A stretch of DNA of 64,000 bases from an uncultured Gammaproteobacteria bacterium (GTDB lineage: Bacteria; Pseudomonadota; Gammaproteobacteria; Steroidobacterales; Steroidobacteraceae). The stretch lies in the NCBI GenBank assembly GCA_963777735.1, contig CAVZRQ010000008.1, positions 81,647 to 145,646 of the forward strand. Reading direction: 5' to 3'. Under the pieces are notes generated by a model, which saw nothing but the letters and a program-made list of their open reading frames with translations, had not been told where the DNA came from and did not search any database. Below, piece after piece: positions 49,734-62,627 of the stretch. The translations under genes and the position numbers were made by a program. Each line of letters opens with the position of its first letter. Position 1 is the first letter of the stretch.

Positions 49734-49852
49734 GAGCGCCTCCGTAATCAAACGGTCACGGCGACCGCAGGACCAAGGCTAGGCCTGAAGTCAGCGCGCT
49801 TCAGTCCGGATATCGGTTGTGCTTGTCAAGAAATGCGGGCCAGAGGCCGGCA

Positions 49853-50156
49853 TCAGTCGCGGATGGGCGAATCCGTGCTGTCATTGACCCGCTCGCGCAG
49901 GTCCTTGCCAGGCTTGAAATGCGGCACGTGCTTGCCGGACAAGCGCAACGGCCTCGCCGGTCTTCGGATTGCGGCCCTGTCGCGGCGGCCGGAAGTGCAG
50001 CGAGAAACTGCCGAAGCCCCGGATCTCGATGCGCTCACCCTGCGACAGGGCATCGCTCATGATCTCCAGGATCTGCTTCAGCGCCAGCTCCACGTCACGC
50101 GCGGGCAGGTGCTTCTGCTTTGCAGTAATGATCTCGATGAGTTCCGACTTCGTCAT
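49853..50156 (-). pseudogene. ihfB: integration host factor subunit beta; 1 frame break as sequenced
   Basis: MTKSELIE...[31 protein letters not shown] is followed, after a junction near 49938-49941, by [19 protein letters not shown] in the frame of ORF 49853..50053. Confidence 0.9.
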
Positions 50157-50175
50157 GCGAGCTCGTCCCGGAGGT

Positions 50176-50212
50176 TTGACGGAGCCAGTGCTTCGCGCAC
50201 GGGCTCCGTCAA
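50176..50212 (-). promoter_or_regulatory. hairpin in the rpsA-ihfB intergenic region
   Basis: TTGACGGAGCC ... GGCTCCGTCAA forms an 11-bp stem with a 15-nt loop. No clear U-tract follows. Confidence 0.3.
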
Positions 50213-50224
50213 TTGCACAATCAC

Positions 50225-51908
50225 TCAGTCGCGATCGTTACCGATCTGCTCCTTGAGCAGGTCGCCAAGGCTCGTGCCCGAAGAGCTGCTTCCGGAGTCG
50301 GTGCGATAGCTCTGCACTGCCTCGGCTTCTTCGTGCATTTCCTTGGCCTTGATCGACAGCGTGATCGAGCGCGTCTTGCGATCGACGCCGACGAACCGGG
50401 CTTCGATCTGCTCGCCGACCTTCAGCACGGTGCGCGCGTCGTCGACGCGGTCACGGCTCAGTTCGGTGGCACGCAGCTGGCCTTCGACGCCATTGCCCAG
50501 GTCGATGAGTGCGCCGCGGGCGTCCACTTCCGTGACCGTGCCAACGACGATGCTGCCACGCGGGTTCTCGGCCACGAAGCCCGAGAACGGATCCTTCGCC
50601 AGCTGCTTGATGCCGAGCGAGATGCGCTCGCGCTCCGGATCGATCGACAGCACCATGGCTTCGATGAGCTGGCCCTTCTGGTAGCTGCGCACGGCTTCTT
50701 CGCCAGGGATGTCCCAGCTGATGTCCGACAGGTGCACGAGGCCATCGATGTTGCCCGACAGGCCGATGAACACGCCGAAGTCGGTGATCGACTTGACCTG
50801 GCCCGAGACCTTGTCGCCACGGTTGAAGTTCTCGGCGAACTCCTTCCACGGGTTGCTCTTGCACTGCTTGAGGCCGAGCGAGATGCGGCGACGCTCTTCG
50901 TCGACATCCAGCACCATGACTTCGACTTCTTCGCCGGTCTGCACGACCTTCGACGGATTGACGTTCTTGTTGGTCCAGTCCATTTCGGACACGTGCACCA
51001 GGCCTTCGACGCCATCCTCGATCTCCACGAACGCGCCGTAGTCGGCGATGTTCGTGACCTTGCCGAACACATGCGTGTTGGCAGGGTAACGGCGGGCGAT
51101 GTTCTCCCACGGATCCGCGCCCAGCTGCTTGAGGCCGAGCGAAACGCGTGAACGCTCGCGGTCGAACTTCAGGATGCGGACTTCCACTTCCTGGCCGACG
51201 GTGACCACTTCGGAAGGATGCTTGACGCGCTTCCAGGCCATGTCGGTGATGTGCAGCAGGCCATCGATGCCGCCGAGGTCGACGAATGCGCCGTAGTCGG
51301 TGAGGTTCTTGACCGTGCCCTTCACGACCGTGCCTTCCGGCAGGTTGTCCATCAGCGCGCTGCGCTCGGCGGAGAATTCCTGCTCCACGACCGCGCGGCG
51401 CGACACGACGACGTTGTTGCGCTTCTGGTCGAGCTTGATGACCTTGAACTCGAGCGGCTTGCCTTCGAGGTAGGACGGTATCGCGCACCGGGCGCACATC
51501 GACCAGCGAGCCGGGCAGGAACGCGCGAACGTTCTCGAGCTCGACCGTGAAGCCACCCTTCACGCGGCCGGTGATGATGCCGATGACGATTTCGGATTCG
51601 GTGAATGCCTTCTCGAGGCGGGTCCAGGTGCGGGCGCGCTTGGCCTTCTCACGCGACAGGCGGGTTTCGCCATTGCCGTCTTCGACGGCATCCAGGGCAA
51701 CTTCGACTTCATCGCCAGCGACGACTTCGATCTCGCCCTTTTCATTGCGGAACTGGTCGAGGGGAATGACGGCTTCGGACTTGAGTCCCACGCTGACGAC
51801 AACCATGTCGTCGCCTACGCTGATCACCCTGCCGGTGAGGATCATGCCTGCGCGAATCCGCTGATTCGCCAGGGTTTGTTCGAACATCTCGCTGAATGAT
51901 TCGGTCAT
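50225..51908 (-). pseudogene. rpsA: 30S ribosomal protein S1; 1 frame break as sequenced
   Basis: Six S1-domain repeats. The N-terminal 143 aa lie in ORF 50451..51980, from ATG 51908. The rest lies in ORF 50225..51556. The junction is near 51475-51478 (…VDVRPVRDT / [12 protein letters not shown]…). Confidence 0.95.
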
Positions 51909-52009
51909 GTTTACACTCGTTGCGTACGCCCGATTCGGTCCTAAAGCGCACGGTTGATGACACGGGCCACCATTTTTCATTGGCGCCCGACCTGTTTTCC
52001 CAATCGTGG

Positions 52010-52698
52010 CTACAGCCCCCGGGCCCGAACTTCTGCCATCACCCGATCGACCACCGTCTCGATAGAGAGATGGGTGCTGTCGAGCAGAACGGCATCTGCA
52101 GCAGGCTTGAGCGGCGCGACGGCGCGGGTTGAATCGCGCCTGTCCCGCTCGGCTATCTCCAGCGAAAGGGCGGCAAGGCTAGCACCGGAACCCTTGTCCT
52201 TTCAACTGGTTATAGCGTCTTCTGGCCCGTTCTTCGGCGCTGGCGGTCAGGTAGATCTTGAGGGCAGCGGCAGGGAACACCACTGTGCCCATGTCGCGGC
52301 CGTCGGCCACGAGGCCCGGCGCCCGGGCGAAGCCCCGCTGACGCTCGAGCAGCGCAGCGCGGACCTGCGGCCAGACGGCCACCCGGGAGGCCCCCTGCCC
52401 GGCTTCCTCAGTGCGGATATCGCGGGTGACGTCCAGCCGCTCGTCGCCCAGCAGGATCTGCTCCCCGCCGTCGGCGGTCACGCCGAAACGGATCTGCAGC
52501 GGACGTCGCGAGCTCGCATGGCCGGCTTCGTCGTCGGGTGCGAGACCGGCCATCCGGCCGGCCAGCGCCACGATCCGGTACAGCGCACCGCTGTCCAGCA
52601 GGTGCCAGCCCAAGCCGCGTGGCCACCCGCCGGCTGATGGTGCCCTTGCCGGAGCCGCTGGGTCCGTCGATGGCCAGGACCGGCACGGGCTCGGTCAT
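52010..52698 (-). pseudogene. cmk: cytidylate kinase; 2 frame breaks as sequenced
   Basis: P-loop IDGPSGSGKGT. Junctions lie near 52608-52611 and 52198-52202. The reconstructed C-terminus ends at TAG 52010. Confidence 0.9.
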
Positions 52699-53981
52699 GC
52701 CAGCGCCACATCCAGGCCGCAGCCGCAGGCGGTTTCGAGGAAGCCGGGGAAGGAAGTGCCGACGTTCTCTACGTCGCGGACGCGGATCTCGCCGTCGCTG
52801 TGCAGGCTGGCAATCGCAAAGGCCATCGCGATGCGATGGTCGCCGTGGCTGTCGATCTCGCCACCGCGGAAACGCGGGCCGCCCTGGATGCGGATGCCAT
52901 CCGGCGCCAGTTCGTTGACCACGCCAAGGCGTGTGAGGCCTTCGGCCATGACGGCGAGGCGGTCGCTTTCCTTGACGCGCAGTTCGGCGGCGCCGGTGAA
53001 TACCGTCTCGCCCGAGGCCGCGGCCGCCGCGATGAACAGCACCGGCAGCTCGTCGATGGCCAGCGGCACCAGTGACTCCGGAACCTCGATGCCCCGCAGT
53101 GCGGAACGACGGATTTCGATGTCTGCGACGGGCTCAGCACCCTGCGATGGACGCGCATGCAGGTGGATGTCGGCACCCATGAGCTTCAGGATGTCGATCA
53201 CGCCGGTGCGGGTCGGGTTCACGCCCACGTTCTCGATCACGAACTCTTCCACGCCCGCGAGGCAGCCGGCAACCAGGAAGAATGCTGCCGAGGAAATATC
53301 GCCCGGCACTTCGATCTTCGTGCCAGTGAGGTTCTGCAGGCCACCCAGGCGCACACGCGCGCCGCTGGTTTCGATGGCGACGCCGAAGGCGCGCAGCATG
53401 CGCTCGGTGTGGTCGCGTGTGGGGCGGGTTCTGTCACCACCGTCAGGCCTTCCGCATACAGGCCGGCGAGCAGGATGGCCGATTTCACCTGCGCACTGGC
53501 TACGGGCAGCGGATAGTCGATACCCGCAAGGTGGGTGGCCGGCCGCACGGTGACCGGCGGCTTGCCATCGGTGGTTGTGATATCCGCGCCCATGAGGCGC
53601 AGTGGCTTGGCAACACGCTCCATCGGGCGCGACTGCAGCGAGGCATCGCCAGTCAGCACCGACTCGAATCGCTGGCCTGCGAGCAGTCCCATGGAAAGAC
53701 GGATCGCGGTGCCGGCATTGCCCATGTCCAGCACCTTGCCGGCGGCCTGCAGGCCATGCAGTGCCCCGGCCATGCACGGTCAGGGAAGTTGCGCCACGCC
53801 GGTCCACCTGCACGCCCATCGCGCGAAACGCCTCGAGCGTCGCCAGGCAATCCGCGCTGGCCAGGAATCCGGTGACTTCCGTGCGCCCTTCTGCGATGCC
53901 GCCCAGCATCAGCGTGCGATGCGAGATGGATTTGTCGCCTGGAACGCGGATGCGCCCGGAGACCCGCGAGGCTGGAGACAC
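52695..53981 (-). pseudogene. aroA: 3-phosphoshikimate 1-carboxyvinyltransferase (EPSP synthase); two compensating frame shifts keep the ORF open but garble about 115 codons
   Basis: PGDKSISHR and the C-terminal two-thirds lie in the frame of ORF 52695..53981. The conserved [12 protein letters not shown]...[13 protein letters not shown] block is only readable in the frame of ORF 53237..53773. Junctions are at the C4 run 53764-53767 and the G4 run 53420-53423. A third shift near 53982 would connect to the upstream ATGATG at 53997. Confidence 0.9.
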
Positions 53982-54003
53982 CAGATAGTTGCATCATGAA
54001 TGC

Positions 54004-55149
54004 CTATTTGCCCTGCATCACTGTCGCCAGTGATCTGATGAGTCTTTCGTTCTGCGCGGCAGTGCCGATGGTGATGCGCACGCAGCGCGGCAGGCCGTAG
54101 CCGGCCACGGGCCGCACGATCACGCCTTGCCGCAGCAGGCCTTCGTATACAGCATTGCCGTCACCCACATCGGCCAGCACGAAGTTGCCGGCAGTCGGGA
54201 ACAGCTTGACGCCAAGCTGCGGCAGCGCCGGCCTGCAGCTGACGCAGCCCTTCGTCCACCAGTTGCACGGCGCGTTGCACCTGTGCGGTGTCGCCGATCG
54301 CCGCTTCGGCACCGACCAGCGCCGGAATGGTCACGTTGAAGGGCTGGCGCACGCGGTTGAGCATGTCGGCCACTTCCGGATGCGAGAGGCCATAGCCCGA
54401 CGCGCACGCCCGCCAGCGCATGCGCCTTCGAGAAGGTGCGCAGCACCACCAGATTGGGATGGTTGCGCAGCAGCGCCGTGCCATCCGGGCAATCGACGCG
54501 GCGCGAATATTCGAAATAGGCCTCGTCCAGCACCACGATCACTGTCGGCGGCACGGCCTGCAGGAACTGCGTGATCTGCGCCGCGGTGTTCCAGGTGCCG
54601 GTCGGATTGTTCGGATTGGCGATGAAGACCAGTCGCGTGCTGTCGTCGATGGCCGCCAGCATCGCGTCGAGGTCATGCCCGAGTTGCATGGCATGGCCCT
54701 CGGCATACGCGGGGGTGGCCTTGCCCCTGCGCGCCGGTGGCCTGCACCACGATGCCGTAGATGGCAAATGCATGCTGCGAATAGACGGCGCTGGATTCTG
54801 CCGTGAGGAATGCTTCGGCCAGCATGCACCAGCAGGTCGTTGGAGCCATTGCCCAGCGTCACCTGATTGAACTGCACGCCATGCAGCTGCGCCAGTGCCG
54901 TCTTCAGTTCATGGCCATTGCCGTCCGGATACAGCCAGGACATCCGCCAGCGCCTGCTGCATCGCTGCAATGCGCAAGCGGGCTCGGTCCGAGCGGATTC
55001 TCGTTGGAGGCGAGCTTGATGATGTCGTCCACGCCCAGTTCGCGCGCCAGCTCGCTGATGGGCTTGCCGATGACATAGGGGGCAAGCTGTCGGACTGCCG
55101 CAGTGGCAAGGCTGCCGGGCCCTGCGCCCTTCCCTGGCCCTGCCGTCAC
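54004..55149 (-). pseudogene. hisC: histidinol-phosphate / aromatic aminotransferase (HisC2-like); about 6 frame breaks as sequenced
   Basis: Conserved blocks are spread over all three frames: [69 protein letters not shown] and RITIGT. Junctions lie near 54972, 54935, 54826, 54724, 54397 and 54228. The GTG start overlaps the pheA stop (GTGA). Confidence 0.85.
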
Positions 55150-56276
55150 AGGATGGCCCGCGGATAGGAGCCGAGCACACGGAACAGGGAGGCGCGCTTG
55201 CGCAGCTCGGCCAGCGCCTTGGCGACGGGCGCGTCGTTCGCATGGCCTTCCAGATCGATGAAGAACACGTAATCCCATTTGCGGCGCCGCGAAGGGCGCG
55301 ATTCGATGCGGGTCATGTTGATCTTGTTCTTCGCCAGCGGCTCGAGCAGCTGGAACAGCACGCCGGATTCCGCCGTTTCCGCGCCCGACACCAGGATGGT
55401 GGTCTTGTCGTCGCCGCTGGCCTGCAGCAGCTTGCTGCCGATCACGAGAAAGCGAGTGGTGTTGTCGTCGCTGTCCTCGATGTTTGGCGCGAGGATCTCC
55501 AGGCTGTAGACCTCTGCCGCCACCGTGCCGGCCACCGCAGCGGTGCCGCGTTCGTCGCGCGCACGTCGCGCACCTTCGGCATTGCTGCTGACAGGCACGC
55601 GCTCGATGCCCGGCAGATGTTCGTCCAGCCAGGCGCGGCACTGACCCAGGGCCTGCGGATGCGCGCAGATGCGCTGCACCTGGGACATGTCCTTCATGCG
55701 GCCGATCAGGTTGTGGTGCACCCGCAGTTCCACTTCGCCGCAGATGTGCAGGCTCGTGGACATGAACCGGTCGAGCGTGTTGTTGACGGTGCCTTCCGAG
55801 GAATTCTCGACCGGCACCACGCCGAAATCGGCATTGCCGGCCTGCACTTCCTGGAACACTTCGTCGATGGAGGCCAGCGCCAGCGCGCGCACCGAGTGTC
55901 CGAACTGCTTGAGCACTGCGGACTGGGAATAGGTGCCCTCGGGCCCGAGATAGGCCACCTTCAGCGGCTTCTCCTGCGCCAGGCAGGCAGACATGATCTC
56001 GCGGAACAGCCGCAGCACTTCTTCGTCGCGCAGCGGGCCTTTCTTGTTGCGCGCCAGTGCCATGCGCAGCACCTCGGCTTCGCGCTCGGGTCGATAGAAA
56101 TCGACCAGCCGGCCTTCCTTGTGCTTGGAGATGCCCACCTGCCTGGCCAGTTCCGCGCGCTGGTTGATCAGCGCATGCAGTTGCTGGTCTACCGAGTCGA
56201 TCTTTCCGCGGATCGATTCGATGGCAGGCCGGCCGGCCGGAGCAGGGTTAGAGGCTTTCTTTTTCTTGCTGCTCAA
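55146..56276 (-). CDS. pheA: bifunctional chorismate mutase / prephenate dehydratase (P-protein)
   Basis: N-terminal CM domain, PDT domain ([18 protein letters not shown]) and ACT domain (ESRPS). Confidence 0.93.
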   Translation of the reverse strand: MSSKKKKASNPAPAGRPAIESIRGKIDSVDQQLHALINQRAELARQVGISKHKEGRLVDFYRPEREAEVLRMALARNKKGPLRDEEVLRLFREIMSACLAQEKPLKVAYLGPEGTYSQSAVLKQFGHSVRALALASIDEVFQEVQAGNADFGVVPVENSSEGTVNNTLDRFMSTSLHICGEVELRVHHNLIGRMKDMSQVQRICAHPQALGQCRAWLDEHLPGIERVPVSSNAEGARRARDERGTAAVAGTVAAEVYSLEILAPNIEDSDDNTTRFLVIGSKLLQASGDDKTTILVSGAETAESGVLFQLLEPLAKNKINMTRIESRPSRRRKWDYVFFIDLEGHANDAPVAKALAELRKRASLFRVLGSYPRAIL

Positions 56277-56287
56277 CTTCGCTTCCT

Positions 56288-57463
56288 TCAGACCAGACGT
56301 GCCGACAGCACGCCGTGGATGGCTCGGATCTTCTGCAACGTTTCGGCGCCAACCTGCCCGTCGCAGTCGATCAGGGTGTAGGCGTATTCGCCGCGCGACT
56401 TGTTGAGCAGGTCTGCAATGTTCACGTTGTCGGTGGCGAGGCAGGTGGAAATCTGTCCGACCATGTTGGGCACGTTGCTGTTGGCGATCACCAGGCGTGT
56501 GGTGCCCGGGAGCCTCGGCATCACGGCCTCGGGAAAGTTGACCGAATTGCGGATGTTGCCGTTCTCGAGGTAGTCACGCAGCTGTTCAGCGGCCATGACG
56601 GCGCAGTTTTCCTCGGCCTCGCCGGTCGAGGCGCCCAGATGCGGCAATGTCACGACCCGCGGGTGGTCTTTCAGTGCATTGCTCGGGAAATCGCACACGT
56701 AGGCATGCAGATGCCCCGTGTCGAGCGCCGCGATGACGGCCGCCGTATCCACGATGCCGCCACGCGCGAAATTCAGCACGACGCTGCCGCGGCGCATGAG
56801 CTGGATGCGTGCCGCGTTCACGAGGTTGCGCGTGCCGTCGTTCAACGGCACATGCACCGAGATCACGTCGCTGCGCGCGAACAGGTCATCCAGTGAAACG
56901 GCCTGCTGCACGCTGGAAGAGAGTTCCCAGGCGCGCTGCACGGTGATCTGCGGATCGTAGCCCAGCACCTTCATGCCCAGCGCCAGCGCGCAGTTCGCCA
57001 CTTCCACGCCGATGGCGCCGAGCCCGATCACGCCCAGCGTGCGCCCCGGCAGTTCGAAGCCGACAAAATCCTTCTTGCCCTTCTCCACCGCCACATCGAT
57101 GGCCTTGTCATCGCCGGTCTGCGCACGCGCGAACAGCCAGGCCTGGCCGATGTTGCGGGCGGCGAGGAACAGGCCGGCAATGACCAGTTCCTTCACGGCA
57201 TTGGCATTGGCGCCAGGTGTGTTGAAAACCGGAATGCCACGTGCCGTAAAGGCAGCGACAGGAATGTTGTTGGTGCCCGCACCGGCGCGCGCCACGGCCA
57301 GCACCGATGCAGGCACGTCGAGCTTGTGCATGTCTGCGGATCGCAGCAGCACGGCGTCGGGCTGCTGGATGGCAGAGGCGACCTCGTAACGATCCCGCGG
57401 CAGACGATCCAGGCCTTTGGCGCTGACGTTGTTCAGCGTGAGTATGCGAAACGGCTCAGCCAT
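56288..57463 (-). CDS. serA: D-3-phosphoglycerate dehydrogenase-like 2-hydroxyacid dehydrogenase with a C-terminal ACT-like domain
   Basis: NAD motif [13 protein letters not shown]. Catalytic region RGGIVD...HLGAST. Start at ATG 57463 overlaps the serC stop (ATGGCTGA). Confidence 0.8.
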   Translation of the reverse strand: MAEPFRILTLNNVSAKGLDRLPRDRYEVASAIQQPDAVLLRSADMHKLDVPASVLAVARAGAGTNNIPVAAFTARGIPVFNTPGANANAVKELVIAGLFLAARNIGQAWLFARAQTGDDKAIDVAVEKGKKDFVGFELPGRTLGVIGLGAIGVEVANCALALGMKVLGYDPQITVQRAWELSSSVQQAVSLDDLFARSDVISVHVPLNDGTRNLVNAARIQLMRRGSVVLNFARGGIVDTAAVIAALDTGHLHAYVCDFPSNALKDHPRVVTLPHLGASTGEAEENCAVMAAEQLRDYLENGNIRNSVNFPEAVMPRLPGTTRLVIANSNVPNMVGQISTCLATDNVNIADLLNKSRGEYAYTLIDCDGQVGAETLQKIRAIHGVLSARLV

Positions 57464-58537
57464 GACGTCGTTCGAACTCCTGCATGAAACTGACCAGTGC
57501 GGCCACGCCTTCCGGAGGCATGGCGTTGTAGATGCTGGCCCGCATGCCACCGACCGAGCGGTGCCCTTCGAGATTGGTGAGCCCTGCCGCCTTCGCCGCC
57601 GCCAGGAAGGGCTTGTCGAGTTCGGGATTCGCCAGCGTGAAAGGCACGTTCATGATCGAACGGCAGCGCGGTTGCACGGGATTGCGGTAGAAGCCACTAC
57701 CATCGATGGCCGCATACAGCGAGGCCGCCTTGGCGCGGTTCTGCGCGCCCATGGCCACGAGGCCGCCTTGTCGCTTCAACCACTTGAACACCAGCCCGGC
57801 CATGTACCAGCTGAAGGTCGGCGGAGTGTTCGACATCGAGCCATCGACCGCCATCTGCTTGTAGTCCCAGATCGAAGGCGTCACGGTGCGCGCCCAGCCA
57901 AGCAGGTCGTCGCGCACGATCACCACGCAGAGGCCGGATGGGCCGATGTTCTTCTGCGCGCCTGCATAGATCAATCCGAAACGCGACACATCCAGCGGTT
58001 CGGAGAGGATCGAGGATGAATAGTCTGCCACCAGGGGTGCGCCAACAGACTGCGGGATTTCCGGAAAGGCCACGCCGCCGATTGTTTCGTTGGGGTGAAG
58101 TGCAGATAGGCCGCATCGCGACTGCGCTTCCAGCTTGCTTCGTCCGGTACGGAGTTGTAACCATCGGCAGCGGCATCCGCGACCACGTTGACCTGCGCGC
58201 AGTAACGTTTCGCTTCGGTGATGGCCTTCTTCGACCAGTTGCCGGTATTGACGTAATCGACGGTTGCATCGGCTGCGGCCAGATTCAGTGGAATGGCGGC
58301 GAATTGGCCCGTTGCGCCACCCTGCAGGAACAGCACCTTGTAGTTCGCCGGAATGGCCAGCAGGTCCCGCAGGTCGGTTTCGGCCTGCTCTGCGACGGCA
58401 ATGAAGGCTTTGCTGCGGTGACTGATCTCCATGACCGACATGCCACTGGCCTGCCAGTCGGTCAGTTCGGCGCCGACCTGTTCCAGCACCTCGAGAGGCA
58501 AGGCAGCAGGACCAGCCGAGAAATTGAACACGCGCAC
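57456..58537 (-). pseudogene. serC: phosphoserine aminotransferase; 1 frame break as sequenced
   Basis: [14 protein letters not shown]...[10 protein letters not shown] lies in ORF 57971..58537. NETIGGV...[11 protein letters not shown]...([12 protein letters not shown]) lies in ORF 57456..58073. The junction near 58089-58095 looks like a 1-nt loss. Confidence 0.92.
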
Positions 58538-61132
<2,595 letters not shown>

Positions 61133-61232
61133 GCGTAGGGGTTCGCTAAGGCCTTTCGTAAACCACGAATTTTAGCACAGAACACCCCCATTCCGGGTCA
61201 GAAAAGCCCTGCAAATCGTTATACTGCGCAGC

Positions 61233-61949
61233 GTGAGCAACGCCCCCTCCCCCAGCGCCGATCCGGCCGAAATCGCGAAGTTTGAACAGCTGGCGCACCG
61301 CTTCTGGGATCGCGACGGCGAGTTCAAGCCCCTGCACCGTCTGAACCCGGTCCGCGCCGAATACATCGCAGCGCGCAGCCCGCTCGATGGCGCCCGGGTA
61401 CTGGATGTGGGCTGTGGCGGCGGGCTGCTCGCCGAGGCGCTGACACGCAAAGGCGCCCGGGTCACGGCGATCGATCTCGCTCCCGCCATGATCGCAACCG
61501 CAAAGCTGCATGCGGTGGAATCAGGCCTTGCCATCGATTATCGCGTGCAGGATGCCGCGCAGCTCGCCGATACCCACCCGGCATCTTTCGACGTGGTCTG
61601 CTGCATGGAGATGCTCGAGCACGTAGCGGACCCTGGCAGCTTCGTTGCAGTGCTGGCCAGGCTGGTGCGTCCGGGCGGTGCGGTATTCGTCTCGACGCTG
61701 AACCGCAATCTCAAGTCGTTCATGCTGGCGATCGTCGGTGCCGAATACGTATTGCGATTGCTGCCGCGCGGTACGCACGAATACGAACGCTTCATCCGTC
61801 CGGCCGAATTGGCGGGCTATGCGCGTGCGGCCGGGCTCGGGCTGCAACACACCGCCGGCCTGTACTACGAACCTTTCACGGATCGTTGCCGGCTCACCGA
61901 CGATGTCACGGTGAACTACATCGCCCAACTGAATGCGCAAGGGGCCTGA
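61233..61949 (+). CDS. ubiG: bifunctional 2-polyprenyl-6-hydroxyphenol / 3-demethylubiquinol O-methyltransferase
   Basis: SAM motif VLDVGCGGGLLAE. UbiG-specific blocks (FEQLAHRFWD, MLEHV, THEYERFIRPAEL). GTG start. Confidence 0.92.
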   Translation: MSNAPSPSADPAEIAKFEQLAHRFWDRDGEFKPLHRLNPVRAEYIAARSPLDGARVLDVGCGGGLLAEALTRKGARVTAIDLAPAMIATAKLHAVESGLAIDYRVQDAAQLADTHPASFDVVCCMEMLEHVADPGSFVAVLARLVRPGGAVFVSTLNRNLKSFMLAIVGAEYVLRLLPRGTHEYERFIRPAELAGYARAAGLGLQHTAGLYYEPFTDRCRLTDDVTVNYIAQLNAQGA

Positions 61950-61952
61950 GGC

Positions 61953-62627
61953 TTGAAGCGAACCGATATCCGTGGCGTGCTGTTTGATCTCGACGGCACC
62001 CTGCTCGACACCGCCCCCGATCTCATCCGCGTCCTGAACCAGGTCAGGGTCGAACAGGGTCGGGAGCCTGTGCCCTACGAAATCGCGCGCACGCAGGTTT
62101 CGCATGGCTCTTCAGGCCTCATCCGGCTGGGCTTCCCGGATCTCGCCGGAGATGCGCTGGAAGCGTTGCGCTTGCGCCTGCTCGATCTGTACGCAGCCCA
62201 GCTTGCCATCGACACGGCGTTGTTCGACGGCTGCGAGACACTGCTTGGCGCACTGCATGAACGCGACATCAGCTGGGGCATCGTCACCAACAAGCCAGGA
62301 TTCCTCACGACCCCATTGCTCGCGACGCTCGGCCTCGACACTCGTGCGGGCTGCGTGGTCTCGGGCGATACCCTCCCCCAGCGCAAGCCGCACCCTGCTC
62401 CGCTGCTGCTGGCCGCTACGCAGCTGGCGCTGGCCCCACAGCAATGCCTGTATGTGGGAGACGCCGAGCGCGACGTGCAATCCGCCCGCGCAGCGGGAAT
62501 GCCCGTGCTCGTTGCGCGCTATGGCTATCTTGGCCCCGAAGATGATCCGGACAGCTGGTCGCCCGATGCCCACATCGATGCGCCGCTGCAGGTGCTGGAC
62601 TGGCTCGACGGAGTCCCCGCCCGATGA
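61953..62627 (+). CDS. gph: HAD-superfamily phosphatase (phosphoglycolate phosphatase / MupP-like)
   Basis: HAD motif I, VLFDLDGTLLDT, and motif IV, YVGDAERD. Lies after ubiG as in Pseudomonas. Confidence 0.8.
   Translation: MKRTDIRGVLFDLDGTLLDTAPDLIRVLNQVRVEQGREPVPYEIARTQVSHGSSGLIRLGFPDLAGDALEALRLRLLDLYAAQLAIDTALFDGCETLLGALHERDISWGIVTNKPGFLTTPLLATLGLDTRAGCVVSGDTLPQRKPHPAPLLLAATQLALAPQQCLYVGDAERDVQSARAAGMPVLVARYGYLGPEDDPDSWSPDAHIDAPLQVLDWLDGVPAR

Noticed and set aside
45480-58095. Reading the dense frameshifts as genuine pseudogenisation, programmed ribosomal frameshifting or a decaying island
   Set aside because: The affected genes include single-copy essentials (rpsA, aroA, cmk, serC, ihfB). 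There are no slippery heptamers or downstream pseudoknots at the junctions. Between junctions the protein sequences are perfectly conserved, with no accumulated substitutions or stops. Many junctions sit at homopolymer runs. Sequencing or assembly error is the simpler explanation.
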